The notes under the pieces: model-generated
Seen by the model: only the letters and a program-made list of their open reading frames with translations
Databases searched by the model: none
Told to the model about the DNA's origin: nothing
DNA from: Candidatus Magasanikiibacteriota bacterium
GTDB taxonomy: Bacteria; Patescibacteriota; Patescibacteriia; Magasanikbacterales; UBA922
Assembly (NCBI GenBank): GCA_003482855.1
Contig: DMXO01000002.1
Location: forward strand, 28,060-92,059
Reading direction: 5' to 3'
Length of the DNA stretch: 64,000 bases
In this document: positions 19,407 to 28,208 of the stretch, in pieces
Numbering within the stretch: the stretch's first letter is position 1
Layout: the number at the start of each line of letters is the position of its first letter
Translations under genes and position numbers: made by a program

Positions 19407-21209
19407 TTATGACGTTAATTTTTTAAATTCTTCCATCAAAATATTTATTTTTTCTGTGTCATGAGCTTTCTCAGCTTGAATGATTTCTTGCTGCAATCTC
19501 TTTTGTTCTTGCTTCTGCCATTCATCCTTAATTAATACGCACAAATTGCTAAATTCTTTCTCAACTTCTCCAGACGTCAATGTAGCAAAATCCTTCTCAC
19601 CAGCCATGAGAAGTATATCAATTATATTTTCTTGACCAGGATGATCAAACTCGTCATGCAATTGGTCAATAATAATACCTCCACTAGTATACTGTCTTTG
19701 CACTGTTTCGTAAAGAGAAGCATAGGGACCTGTGGACAAGACAGAATTTCGAATTTCGAATTTCGAATTTCGAATTATATCTGGAAATCGCAACATTAAT
19801 ATGAGAAGACGTTCAATCAACAAATCTAAACGCGTCTTTTCTACAGATTGTATCGGTGTTGGTTTCTTGGTTTCTTGGTTTCTTGGTTTATTATTTTTTT
19901 CCTCACTTTTTACCCGCGCCATATCATCACGCAACACTGCCACATCCACACCCAGCCGAACGCCAAGTTCTTGCAACCAGTGATCTCTCTCTACTGCATA
20001 GGGTATGCGGCCAATTTCACGAAGCAATTCAGTTGCTATAACCTGCTTTTGTTTTGGATTATGTATATCTTTGCCTGCGAATGCTCGATTGAAATACCAC
20101 TGCATAACATCCTCTGCATGTGCGACTGCATCGAACCATGTCTGTTTATTTTGTTTTATACATTCATCTGGATCTTTGCCCGCTCCATCTGGAATCTGTA
20201 TAACACGCATATTCATACCCTCTTCTATAGCAATATCTATACCTCGTTTTGCTGCAGCGATACCCGCGGCATCTGCATCAAATGCCATATTCATATTTTG
20301 TGAATATCGTTTCAATAATCTCACTTGTTCTTCGGTCATTGCAGTACCGCTCGTTGCAATCACATTGCTCATCCCCGTCTGATGACATGCAATAACATCC
20401 ATTTGCCCTTCGACCATAACAATCAAATCTTTGTGTTTGATTTCTTTTTTTGCCTTGTTGAGTCCAAAGACTACACGTGATTTGTCATACACTGGTGTCT
20501 GTGGCGTATTTACATATTTTCCACCACTATGCTCTGTCTCTACAAGCACGCGTCCAGTAAATCCTACGACATTGTCGTGTATATCCCAAATAGGAAACAT
20601 AATACGCCCACGAAAACGATCATAAAAGCCTTTCATGCTTTGTATGTTTGCATTATCCTTTTTTATGGTAAGCCCTGATACAACGAGGTCATCTATTGCA
20701 AATCCTTTTTTGAGCAAATACTGCGTAAGCAAATCCCATTGATCTGGAATAAATCCTATCTGCCATTCAATAATTGTCTCATCGGTCAATTTTCTCGTAT
20801 GTAAATACTCCCGCGCTATTTTGGATGCATCCATCCTCAACAAGAAATTATGAAAAAATAATGCAGCAGCTCGATTGATTTCCTTTATTCTATTTTTTTG
20901 GCTACTCTGCACTTCATTTTGAAAATTATTCGTGAGTTGTATTCCTGCCTTGTCTGCCAGATATTTGAGTGCCTCACGGAATTCCATACCTTCCATTTCT
21001 TCGACAAATGTAAAAATGTCTCCGCCTTTCCCACAACCAAAACAATGCCAGCTTTGTCGCTCGCGACTTGCCATAAAGGATGGCGTCTTTTCATGATGAA
21101 ATGGACACAGACCCTTATGGTTGATACCAGCAGGCTTGAGTTGGACATACTCCCCAATCAAATCCACGACATCAAGTTTATCCTTGATAAGTTGTACATC
21201 ATCACTCAT
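19407..21209 (-). CDS. dnaG: DNA primase
   Basis: CPFHHEKTPSF...CFGCGKGGD zinc-binding domain, TOPRIM domain (MVEGQMDVIA, DAD motif). Confidence 0.92.
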   Translation of the reverse strand: MSDDVQLIKDKLDVVDLIGEYVQLKPAGINHKGLCPFHHEKTPSFMASRERQSWHCFGCGKGGDIFTFVEEMEGMEFREALKYLADKAGIQLTNNFQNEVQSSQKNRIKEINRAAALFFHNFLLRMDASKIAREYLHTRKLTDETIIEWQIGFIPDQWDLLTQYLLKKGFAIDDLVVSGLTIKKDNANIQSMKGFYDRFRGRIMFPIWDIHDNVVGFTGRVLVETEHSGGKYVNTPQTPVYDKSRVVFGLNKAKKEIKHKDLIVMVEGQMDVIACHQTGMSNVIATSGTAMTEEQVRLLKRYSQNMNMAFDADAAGIAAAKRGIDIAIEEGMNMRVIQIPDGAGKDPDECIKQNKQTWFDAVAHAEDVMQWYFNRAFAGKDIHNPKQKQVIATELLREIGRIPYAVERDHWLQELGVRLGVDVAVLRDDMARVKSEEKNNKPRNQETKKPTPIQSVEKTRLDLLIERLLILMLRFPDIIRNSKFEIRNSVLSTGPYASLYETVQRQYTSGGIIIDQLHDEFDHPGQENIIDILLMAGEKDFATLTSGEVEKEFSNLCVLIKDEWQKQEQKRLQQEIIQAEKAHDTEKINILMEEFKKLTS

Positions 21210-21320
21210 ATTTTGTAACTCATGACTCAGATAACATAACCTATCTAAACCAAAAAATCAATACGCAAAACCGCCCTCTCGAGCGGCTCGCTAATATTCA
21301 ATATCCTAATATCCAATATC

Positions 21321-22001
21321 TTATCCGATGATTGTCCCCTTAAATTTCTTCCCTGTCAAAACGTTCTTCACTTCTTCCAAACCAGTCCCTTTCAAGATAC
21401 AAACTTTCAGACCTAATTTTTGTGCTTCTTTACTAGCAACCGGATCAAACGGCGCGTTTTTCCCCGGATCCCATATTTCGCCCACAACTTCTTTGCGAAA
21501 TGTTTTCCAATCCATGTGTTCTATTTTCTGCGCATCTATAAATTTAGCAGGATCTTTTGTATATACGTAATCGATATTTGAAAGATTGATTACTTCTTTG
21601 GCGCCATATGTTTTGGCAAATAAAACAGCATCCATGTCAGTACTCCAGCCCGGCTTGTATCCACCCGCGACAATAATTGGCTTATTTGTTTTTATTTTCT
21701 TCGTAGGATCAATGACAACATCACCATACGCATAATCTTTGAAAATAAATTTTACAAACTGTGCGTTGAGAATTGTCGTGTATATTCCCATCCAATCGAG
21801 TTCCACATCTTTAAGTGAGACAGTTTTTTTGAGGGCATCTTGATATTGTCGACATGTCGCCCCACCACCAATCATGAGTACAAATTTCTGCCCTTTTTTC
21901 ACTTCATCCAAAATAAGTTTTCTAAATTTTTTCAAAAATAAAATATCAAACCCTGTTTTTGGAATGATGATAGAACCACCCAAAGATATAATAGTATACA
22001 T
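21321..22001 (-). CDS. pyrH: UMP kinase, archaeal-type short form (amino acid kinase family)
   Basis: 226 aa, IGGGATCRQY glycine-rich motif and IIVAGGYKPGWSTD motif matching archaeal-type PyrH patterns. Confidence 0.6.
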   Translation of the reverse strand: MYTIISLGGSIIIPKTGFDILFLKKFRKLILDEVKKGQKFVLMIGGGATCRQYQDALKKTVSLKDVELDWMGIYTTILNAQFVKFIFKDYAYGDVVIDPTKKIKTNKPIIVAGGYKPGWSTDMDAVLFAKTYGAKEVINLSNIDYVYTKDPAKFIDAQKIEHMDWKTFRKEVVGEIWDPGKNAPFDPVASKEAQKLGLKVCILKGTGLEEVKNVLTGKKFKGTIIG

Positions 22002-22350
22002 AAAGCATTCTAACTAATTAAACTCTAAATTCGAAATTCTAAACAATATAAAATTACCAAAATACTAAAATCAAAACAAAAATTTTGAACATTCAATATT
22101 TAGATTTGTTTAGTATTTCGATATTAGGATTTCGGGTTTTCTTGCTTCTCATTTTCAATTGACTTGTCTGCATCGCCTTATTTGCCTTAAACAAACTCGG
22201 TGTACGATAGGCTGTCTTTCCTTTTTGTGCTCGATTTGAAGAATAATTTTTCATATAGTTTGAAGTTTTTGAGATTCTTAACTGATGACAAAATTTCAAA
22301 AATTTAGCAACATCAACAACTTTAACAACTTTAACAACTTCTCTTCTTAT

Positions 22351-23901
22351 TTATTCATCGTTATCATCCTCATTTTCTTCTTCACGAACATCATCATCTT
22401 CGTCTTCCTCATCAGCACTTGTGGTATTTATATTTTCATCTCTCTTGGTCCACTTGAGATAATATACAATACTAAATGCCAAGAAACAAAGGAAAGCTAA
22501 ACTAGCCAAAACAATCAATGCGGTCGTACTAAACCATTGACGATGTTCGCTAAACACTAAAGGGTCCTTGTCTTCACCATCGACCATGGCATCATTGTCC
22601 GAATCAGGATTATTGGGATTGGTGCCTGCTTGCAATTCTTTGTCATCATCTATGCCATCACTGTCTGTATCTTTTTTGAGTGCATTGGTACCTTGTGTTT
22701 GTTCTGCTTCATCGGAAATAGTGTCTCCATCATCATCAGTATCTACATTGTTTCCTATACCATCAAGGTCCGTATCTTGAGATTCTTCACTATCTAGTGG
22801 AAACATATCAGTCATATCATCCACACCATCTCCGTCTGTATCTTTTTTGAGAGGATCCGTGCCTTTATTTTTTTCATCACCATCACTCAACCCATCTTCA
22901 TCTGTGTCTTTTTTGAGAGGGTCAGTCTTCATACTATATTCTTCTCCATCATTTAGACCATCCTCATCACTGTCTGCTTTGGCTGGATTGGTACCATTTT
23001 CTATTTCATCTTTATCCAAAATACCATCCGCATCAGTGTCTTTGGATGTAGGACTGCTCCCTTTTTCTTTTTCCTCACCATCAGTAAGTCCATCTCCATC
23101 TGAATCAACATTGTGAGGATCACTCCCAAATATTGCTTCATCACTATCACTCAATCCATCATTATCATCATCTGTATCAGCGTTATCTCCTGTGCCATCT
23201 TTGTCTATATCAGCCCATTCACTTTTGTTGGTTGGAAACAGATCTACATTATCATTATGTCCATCCCCATCAGTATCAGTACTTGTAGGAGAAAGCCCTT
23301 TGTCTACTTCTATTTTGTCATCCAGTCCATCGCCATCTGTATCTTTTTTTAGAGGATCAGAGCCAATCTCAGACTCCTTGGTATCAGCCAATCCATCATT
23401 ATCATCATCAGTATCTTGTTTATTTCCTATATCATCTCCATCCGTATCCAAATCCACATCATACGTTTGTGACTGCTGTTCTGTCTGAGTAATATTTGCG
23501 TCGACTGAATTACCCACCTGATCACGTGCATCAAGTTGTGTGAGTTTTGCAGAAAATTGTTGTTCACCTGCAGGAAGCGTATATTCTACCCAGACCTGTT
23601 TTGCTTCTTCAAATGTAAGATTGGGAACTGCGACACTTTTGATAAATGTACTTCCATTATAAAATTCAACGGTAAGAGATAATCGTGGCGCGCTATTATT
23701 TACCACTACGGTATAAAGCTTCACCGTGTCCCCTGCAAATGTCTTGCCTTCAGACATCCACACGCCTTGGCTACCGAGAAATCCCGTAACCGCATGAACA
23801 GAGACTGGAAATGATAATAAAACTAAGAGAGAAAATAAAAAAAATTTCATATGTATAAATAAATGATAAATGATAACTTTCACCCACGTATCATATATCA
23901 T
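22351..23901 (-). CDS. Surface protein with thrombospondin type-3 (DxDxDGxxD) calcium-binding repeats, C-terminal TM anchor and acidic tail
   Basis: Signal peptide, many DTDGDGLDD / DSDGDGLTDGEE repeats, C-terminal hydrophobic helix followed by poly-Asp/Glu. Confidence 0.7.
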   Translation of the reverse strand: MIYDTWVKVIIYHLFIHMKFFLFSLLVLLSFPVSVHAVTGFLGSQGVWMSEGKTFAGDTVKLYTVVVNNSAPRLSLTVEFYNGSTFIKSVAVPNLTFEEAKQVWVEYTLPAGEQQFSAKLTQLDARDQVGNSVDANITQTEQQSQTYDVDLDTDGDDIGNKQDTDDDNDGLADTKESEIGSDPLKKDTDGDGLDDKIEVDKGLSPTSTDTDGDGHNDNVDLFPTNKSEWADIDKDGTGDNADTDDDNDGLSDSDEAIFGSDPHNVDSDGDGLTDGEEKEKGSSPTSKDTDADGILDKDEIENGTNPAKADSDEDGLNDGEEYSMKTDPLKKDTDEDGLSDGDEKNKGTDPLKKDTDGDGVDDMTDMFPLDSEESQDTDLDGIGNNVDTDDDGDTISDEAEQTQGTNALKKDTDSDGIDDDKELQAGTNPNNPDSDNDAMVDGEDKDPLVFSEHRQWFSTTALIVLASLAFLCFLAFSIVYYLKWTKRDENINTTSADEEDEDDDVREEENEDDNDE

Positions 23902-23916
23902 TTATAATGATGTTTA

Positions 23917-24261
23917 TTATGTATGTTTTTTAAATATTTTTCCAATGAACCAACTTGCAATAGTCATAATAAGAGCGCCAAGAAATGCTGACTTGAAACC
24001 ATCCACCTCAAATCCATCTACCACAGTAGATACAAACCAAAATAACAAAGCATTGATGACAAACGTAAATAAACCAAGACTCAACAAATTCACCGGCAAT
24101 GTAAGTAACAACAAAATTGGTCGGATAATCGCATTCACAAGCCCTAGTACAAAAGCCGCGACAAATGCAGCATACCAACCACTCACCCCAATACCAGGCA
24201 AGTATATAGCAAGGAGAAGTAATGTGGCCGCATTGAGAGCCCAACGTAATAGAAGACGCAT
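23917..24261 (-). CDS. Phage_holin_4_2 (DUF360)-family small membrane protein
   Basis: 114 aa, four TM segments, GLVNAIIRPILLLLTLP motif typical of this family. Confidence 0.55.
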   Translation of the reverse strand: MRLLLRWALNAATLLLLAIYLPGIGVSGWYAAFVAAFVLGLVNAIIRPILLLLTLPVNLLSLGLFTFVINALLFWFVSTVVDGFEVDGFKSAFLGALIMTIASWFIGKIFKKHT

Positions 24262-24319
24262 AGTAGTAATGTTATTTTGTTAAAACAAAGTAAGTATACA
24301 ATAAAATAGATTATGTATC

Positions 24320-24345
24320 AAAAAATCCACGCTATATACGTGGAT
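24320..24345 (-). terminator. Rho-independent terminator of GC-rich cassette B (atccacg ctatata cgtggat + T-run on minus strand)
   Basis: Perfect 7-bp stem, 7-nt loop, followed on the minus strand by TTTTTT. Confidence 0.6.
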
Positions 24346-24391
24346 CTATGTTGGAAACTAAGAGGGCTGTGGACGCTGCGATTGTAGCCCT

Positions 24392-24730
24392 CTACTTGTT
24401 GCCGGCCTCGGCGAATTCACGGAGCAGGGACATGGCGAGATAGCCCGCGAGCCACCCGACCTGTCCCATGCCAGTGCGCCGACTGTCGACGTCATGGAGC
24501 ATCCGCCCGACGATCTCCTCGACCGTCTGGAGACCCGGCGAGAATGTTATCGCATCCTGCGAACGCATCTCGATGAACTGAGCGGCCTCCTCCTCACTGT
24601 GGAAGAACCATCTCATGAGCTTGGGGAGAAGGTGCTCGGGAACAAAACTCTCCTTGAACCGGGAGAGGCACCCTTGCGCCAGCTCGTAGCGCGCCCCTGT
24701 CGTGAGCTTACCGATCGCGTCCATGGGCAT
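24392..24730 (-). CDS. GC-rich cassette B gene: 112-aa hypothetical protein
   Basis: High-GC ORF with G/C-rich third positions, flanked by a consensus-like promoter and terminator. No recognisable family. Confidence 0.45.
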   Translation of the reverse strand: MPMDAIGKLTTGARYELAQGCLSRFKESFVPEHLLPKLMRWFFHSEEEAAQFIEMRSQDAITFSPGLQTVEEIVGRMLHDVDSRRTGMGQVGWLAGYLAMSLLREFAEAGNK

Positions 24731-24776
24731 TTATCCAATTTCCATCGCAGCGCCCTCTTAATTTCCAAAACATGAC

Positions 24777-24805
24777 TTTATATCATGATTAATACAAAAA
24801 GTCAA
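24777..24805 (-). promoter_or_regulatory. Sigma70-like promoter of cassette B (TTGACT-17-TATAAA, minus strand)
   Basis: Read on the minus strand: TTGACT at 24805-24800, 17-nt spacer, TATAAA at 24782-24777. Confidence 0.45.
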
Positions 24806-24907
24806 TAGTAAACATATATTTCAAACTATCTATATGGGATTTACAACTCCACTCTTCTCACCTATAATACACCACAATATAATACTCTATATTCATATAT
24901 AAATCTT

Positions 24908-26317
24908 ATGCTCACTCTCTATAATACTCTCACTCGCAAAAAAGAAGAATTCAACCCTCTACAGGCTCATACAGCAGGTCTCTACACTTGTGGACCTACC
25001 GTGTACAACTATGCGCACATAGGAAATTTGCGCACCTATGTTTTTGAAGATATTCTCAAACGTGTTTTGCAATATAATGGATACACTGTCAATCATGTGA
25101 TGAATATTACTGATGTAGGGCATCTCACATCTGATGCAGATGAAGGCGAAGACAAAATGGAAAAAGGAGCCAAACGTGAAGGTAAGACTGCTTGGGAAAT
25201 TGCAGAATTTTATACGCAAGCGTTTAAGCAAAATTTAAAAGATCTACATATTCTTGAACCAAACATTTGGTGCAAAGCAACTGATCATATTGAGGAACAA
25301 ATTAATTTGGTTCAAAAACTGACAGACAAAGGATTTACCTATGAAACATCAGATGGTATTTATTTTGATACAACCAAACTGGCTGATTATGGCAAACTTG
25401 CTAATCTACAAAATCAAGAATTAAAAGCAGGGGCTCGTGTTGATTTGGGAGAAAAAAGAAATGCACACGATTTTGCTCTCTGGAAATGGAGTGAACGAAG
25501 TGAACGACACCCGGAGGGTGATCAGCCAAAATCTAAACGTCAAATGGAATGGCCAGCGCCATTCGGTGCAGGCCAAGGCCAAACGAGAATGGGATTTCCA
25601 GGTTGGCACATAGAATGTTCAGCAATGTCTGCAAAATATTTAGGACAGCCATTTGATATTCATTGTGGTGGCATTGATCATGTGCCAGTTCATCACACAA
25701 ATGAAATAGCACAAAGCGAAGCAGCATACGATAAACCGCTTGCAAATTATTGGATGCATGGAGAATTTTTGTTGGTAAATGAAGGCAAAATGGCGAAATC
25801 TGAAAATAATTTTATCACCTTAGAAACCCTCAAAGAAAAAGGCATCTCACCACTCGCCTATCGCTATTTCTTGCTACAAACGCACTATCGTAAACAATTA
25901 AATTTTTCGTGGGAGGCGTTAGAGGCATCTCAAACTGCTCTCAAAAAATTACAGCAGCAAGTAGAATCGTTGCCCGACCACAAAAAACAAGATTCTTGGT
26001 TTAAAGATAAATTTAATGAATGGATAAATGATGACCTCAACATACCTAATGCACTAGCATGGATATGGCAAGCCATAAAAGAAAAAGATATAACTAAAGA
26101 GACCTTACTTGATTTTGATAAAGTCCTCGGATTAAACTTAGATGCTAAGGAAGAAACAATTGTAATCCCTACTGAAGTCCAAAATATCCTCGATGCACGC
26201 CTGAAAGCACGAACAGAAAAAAACTGGACCGAATCAGACCGGTTGCGTGATGAGATTAAAAAATTAAACTTTGATGTGGAAGATACGAAAGAAGGACAAA
26301 AAATTAACAAATTATAA
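24908..26317 (+). CDS. cysS: Cysteine--tRNA ligase
   Basis: HIGH motif (AHIGNLRTY), KMSKS motif (KMAKS), Cys-binding Zn site. Confidence 0.93.
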   Translation: MLTLYNTLTRKKEEFNPLQAHTAGLYTCGPTVYNYAHIGNLRTYVFEDILKRVLQYNGYTVNHVMNITDVGHLTSDADEGEDKMEKGAKREGKTAWEIAEFYTQAFKQNLKDLHILEPNIWCKATDHIEEQINLVQKLTDKGFTYETSDGIYFDTTKLADYGKLANLQNQELKAGARVDLGEKRNAHDFALWKWSERSERHPEGDQPKSKRQMEWPAPFGAGQGQTRMGFPGWHIECSAMSAKYLGQPFDIHCGGIDHVPVHHTNEIAQSEAAYDKPLANYWMHGEFLLVNEGKMAKSENNFITLETLKEKGISPLAYRYFLLQTHYRKQLNFSWEALEASQTALKKLQQQVESLPDHKKQDSWFKDKFNEWINDDLNIPNALAWIWQAIKEKDITKETLLDFDKVLGLNLDAKEETIVIPTEVQNILDARLKARTEKNWTESDRLRDEIKKLNFDVEDTKEGQKINKL

Positions 26318-26319
26318 CT

Positions 26320-26502
26320 ATGACAAATACATGTGGTACAAATTCATGCAAAATGAATCACGATGGCGATGGAACTACACCAAAAGAACTTGAACAAAAA
26401 TGGAATGAATTTATCAAACAAAACTGTGAATCACTCAATTGTGCACGCAGATACACGACCAAATGTTGTGTGTGGGGAACTTTTGAAGAAAGTCTAAATT
26501 AA
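26320..26502 (+). CDS. Hypothetical Cys-rich small protein (60 aa)
   Basis: Starts 3 nt after the cysS stop. 7 Cys in 60 aa. Confidence 0.3.
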   Translation: MTNTCGTNSCKMNHDGDGTTPKELEQKWNEFIKQNCESLNCARRYTTKCCVWGTFEESLN

Positions 26503-26504
26503 CT

Positions 26505-26696
26505 ATGGATGGAACTAAAAGAGCAAATATCAAACCTGGGGTACACGTATCAATTGTACTCAAAAAAGATCAGCCGACTGGTAAACTCTTGGATGGTATT
26601 GTTCAAGATATCCTCACCAACTCCCCCACTCACCCACATGGAATCAAAGTACGATTACAAACAGGTGAAGTCGGCAGAGTAAAAATTATAACATGA
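26505..26696 (+). CDS. ywbE: YwbE/DUF2196-family small protein
   Basis: 63 aa, VLKKDQPTGKL..GIVQDILTNSPTHPHGIKVRLQTGEVGRV matches the YwbE family pattern. Confidence 0.6.
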   Translation: MDGTKRANIKPGVHVSIVLKKDQPTGKLLDGIVQDILTNSPTHPHGIKVRLQTGEVGRVKIIT

Positions 26697-27493
26697 GTAA
26701 ACTTTTTATCTACCAACTCATCATATCATTTTTTGTTGGTGGTTTTGTAATTGCATTACTCGGATATATAGCCGAACGTGCCAATAAAAAAATAGCAGGA
26801 TCTATATTATCATTACCTTCTACTGCACTCATTGCCTATATATTCATGGCATGGACTGTATCTCCTAGTGCAGCGGCACAAGTAGTCCCGGCTACGATTG
26901 CAGCAAACTTGGCAGTTAGTTTGTTTACTATAGCATTTGTCTATCTTTCCAAAATAAAACTACCCCGTATATATTCAATCATACTAAGTTTTCTCGGAGC
27001 ACTTGCCATCTGGTCTAGTATTGCCATTCCTATTGCCATATTCAAATTTTCTCATATCGTCGCCTCGCTTATCCTATATAGTATAGGACTTATCATGGGT
27101 TATTACTTCTTGACGAAAAAAAATAATGCACCAGAACATATCGCTCCTCTCACATATTCTCTCTGGCAAAAAATAGGACGTGCATTATTTGCCGGATCCA
27201 TTATTACGCTTGCAGTATATCTATCAAAAACCCTGCATCCATTTTGGGGAGGGGTACTGAGTAGTTTCCCTGCAACATATAGCTCTACATTCATTATCTT
27301 GCGATGGTACTATGATCCTGGCATGCTGTCCAAAGTAGCGAGGTCAATTCCTTTTGGTTCAATCATCTACACGCTGTATGTATTGGCAGTACACTGGACA
27401 TATCCTGCATTTGGCATTATCGGTGGCACGGTGGTAGCATATACACTGTGTCTTATTCCTTTTTTCTTGTTATTGCGATTCAAAAAAAATTAA
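26693..27493 (+). CDS. Hypothetical polytopic membrane protein
   Basis: 266 aa, about 8 TM helices, overlaps ywbE stop by 4 nt. Confidence 0.4.
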   Translation: MSKLFIYQLIISFFVGGFVIALLGYIAERANKKIAGSILSLPSTALIAYIFMAWTVSPSAAAQVVPATIAANLAVSLFTIAFVYLSKIKLPRIYSIILSFLGALAIWSSIAIPIAIFKFSHIVASLILYSIGLIMGYYFLTKKNNAPEHIAPLTYSLWQKIGRALFAGSIITLAVYLSKTLHPFWGGVLSSFPATYSSTFIILRWYYDPGMLSKVARSIPFGSIIYTLYVLAVHWTYPAFGIIGGTVVAYTLCLIPFFLLLRFKKN

Positions 27494-27607
27494 TCTTATC
27501 AACAATCAAGAGCTTGTTATAGCTCTTTTTTATTTTTTTTGATATACTAGTAGCATATTATTTATTTCTTCAAACTCACCACATCGCGTGAGTGATTACT
27601 GTATCAT

Positions 27608-28204
27608 ATGGCAGATGAACCAATGCCAATACAACCTGAATACATAGAGTCTGTACCAAACGAACAAACAGAAGGGTTCCCGCCGATACCTCCTCCTCCA
27701 GAATTCATACCCGATCATATATCGCGTGAAAGTCAAATCCCTGCTCCAGAAACACAAACACAGAAACCAGAAGCACCGGTTGAATTTGAATCCCCAAAAG
27801 AAACAGAGCAAAAAAGACAGACGACTCCAGAAAATGAAACACTCGACGAAAAGATAGACAATCTCAAAAAAAAGTTAAAATTAAAAAAGAAAAAACAAAT
27901 TACCATACCTCAGATCAAAGATGACGTCACCGTACGCATAGAACATGTTATGCAAGAAGGGCTCGAAGATGCATATAGAGAGCTCACCCCCATCCAACAA
28001 CAAGAATTCAAAATAAAAGGGGAAGAAACTGCTTGGCAAATTAGACAACTCATGAAAAGCACCCATGTCAAGATAAAAGAAATTTTCAAGCTTCTTCTGG
28101 AATGGCTGAGGATGCTCCCTGGTATAAATAGATTTTTCTTGGAACAAGAAGCAAAAATAAAAGCAGACAAGATATTTAGCCTCAAAGACTATCAGCAAAA
28201 ATGA
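27608..28204 (+). CDS. Hypothetical acidic/Pro-rich protein, partner of the VirD4-like ATPase
   Basis: 198 aa, low-complexity N-terminus, helical C-terminus. Stop is 4 nt before the start of the ATPase gene. Confidence 0.4.
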   Translation: MADEPMPIQPEYIESVPNEQTEGFPPIPPPPEFIPDHISRESQIPAPETQTQKPEAPVEFESPKETEQKRQTTPENETLDEKIDNLKKKLKLKKKKQITIPQIKDDVTVRIEHVMQEGLEDAYRELTPIQQQEFKIKGEETAWQIRQLMKSTHVKIKEIFKLLLEWLRMLPGINRFFLEQEAKIKADKIFSLKDYQQK

Positions 28205-28208
28205 TGCT

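Noticed and set aside
22285-22500. 71-aa ORF and other short ORFs overlapping the TSP3-repeat protein gene
   Set aside because: Overlap a long repeat-rich gene on the opposite strand. Low-complexity translations.
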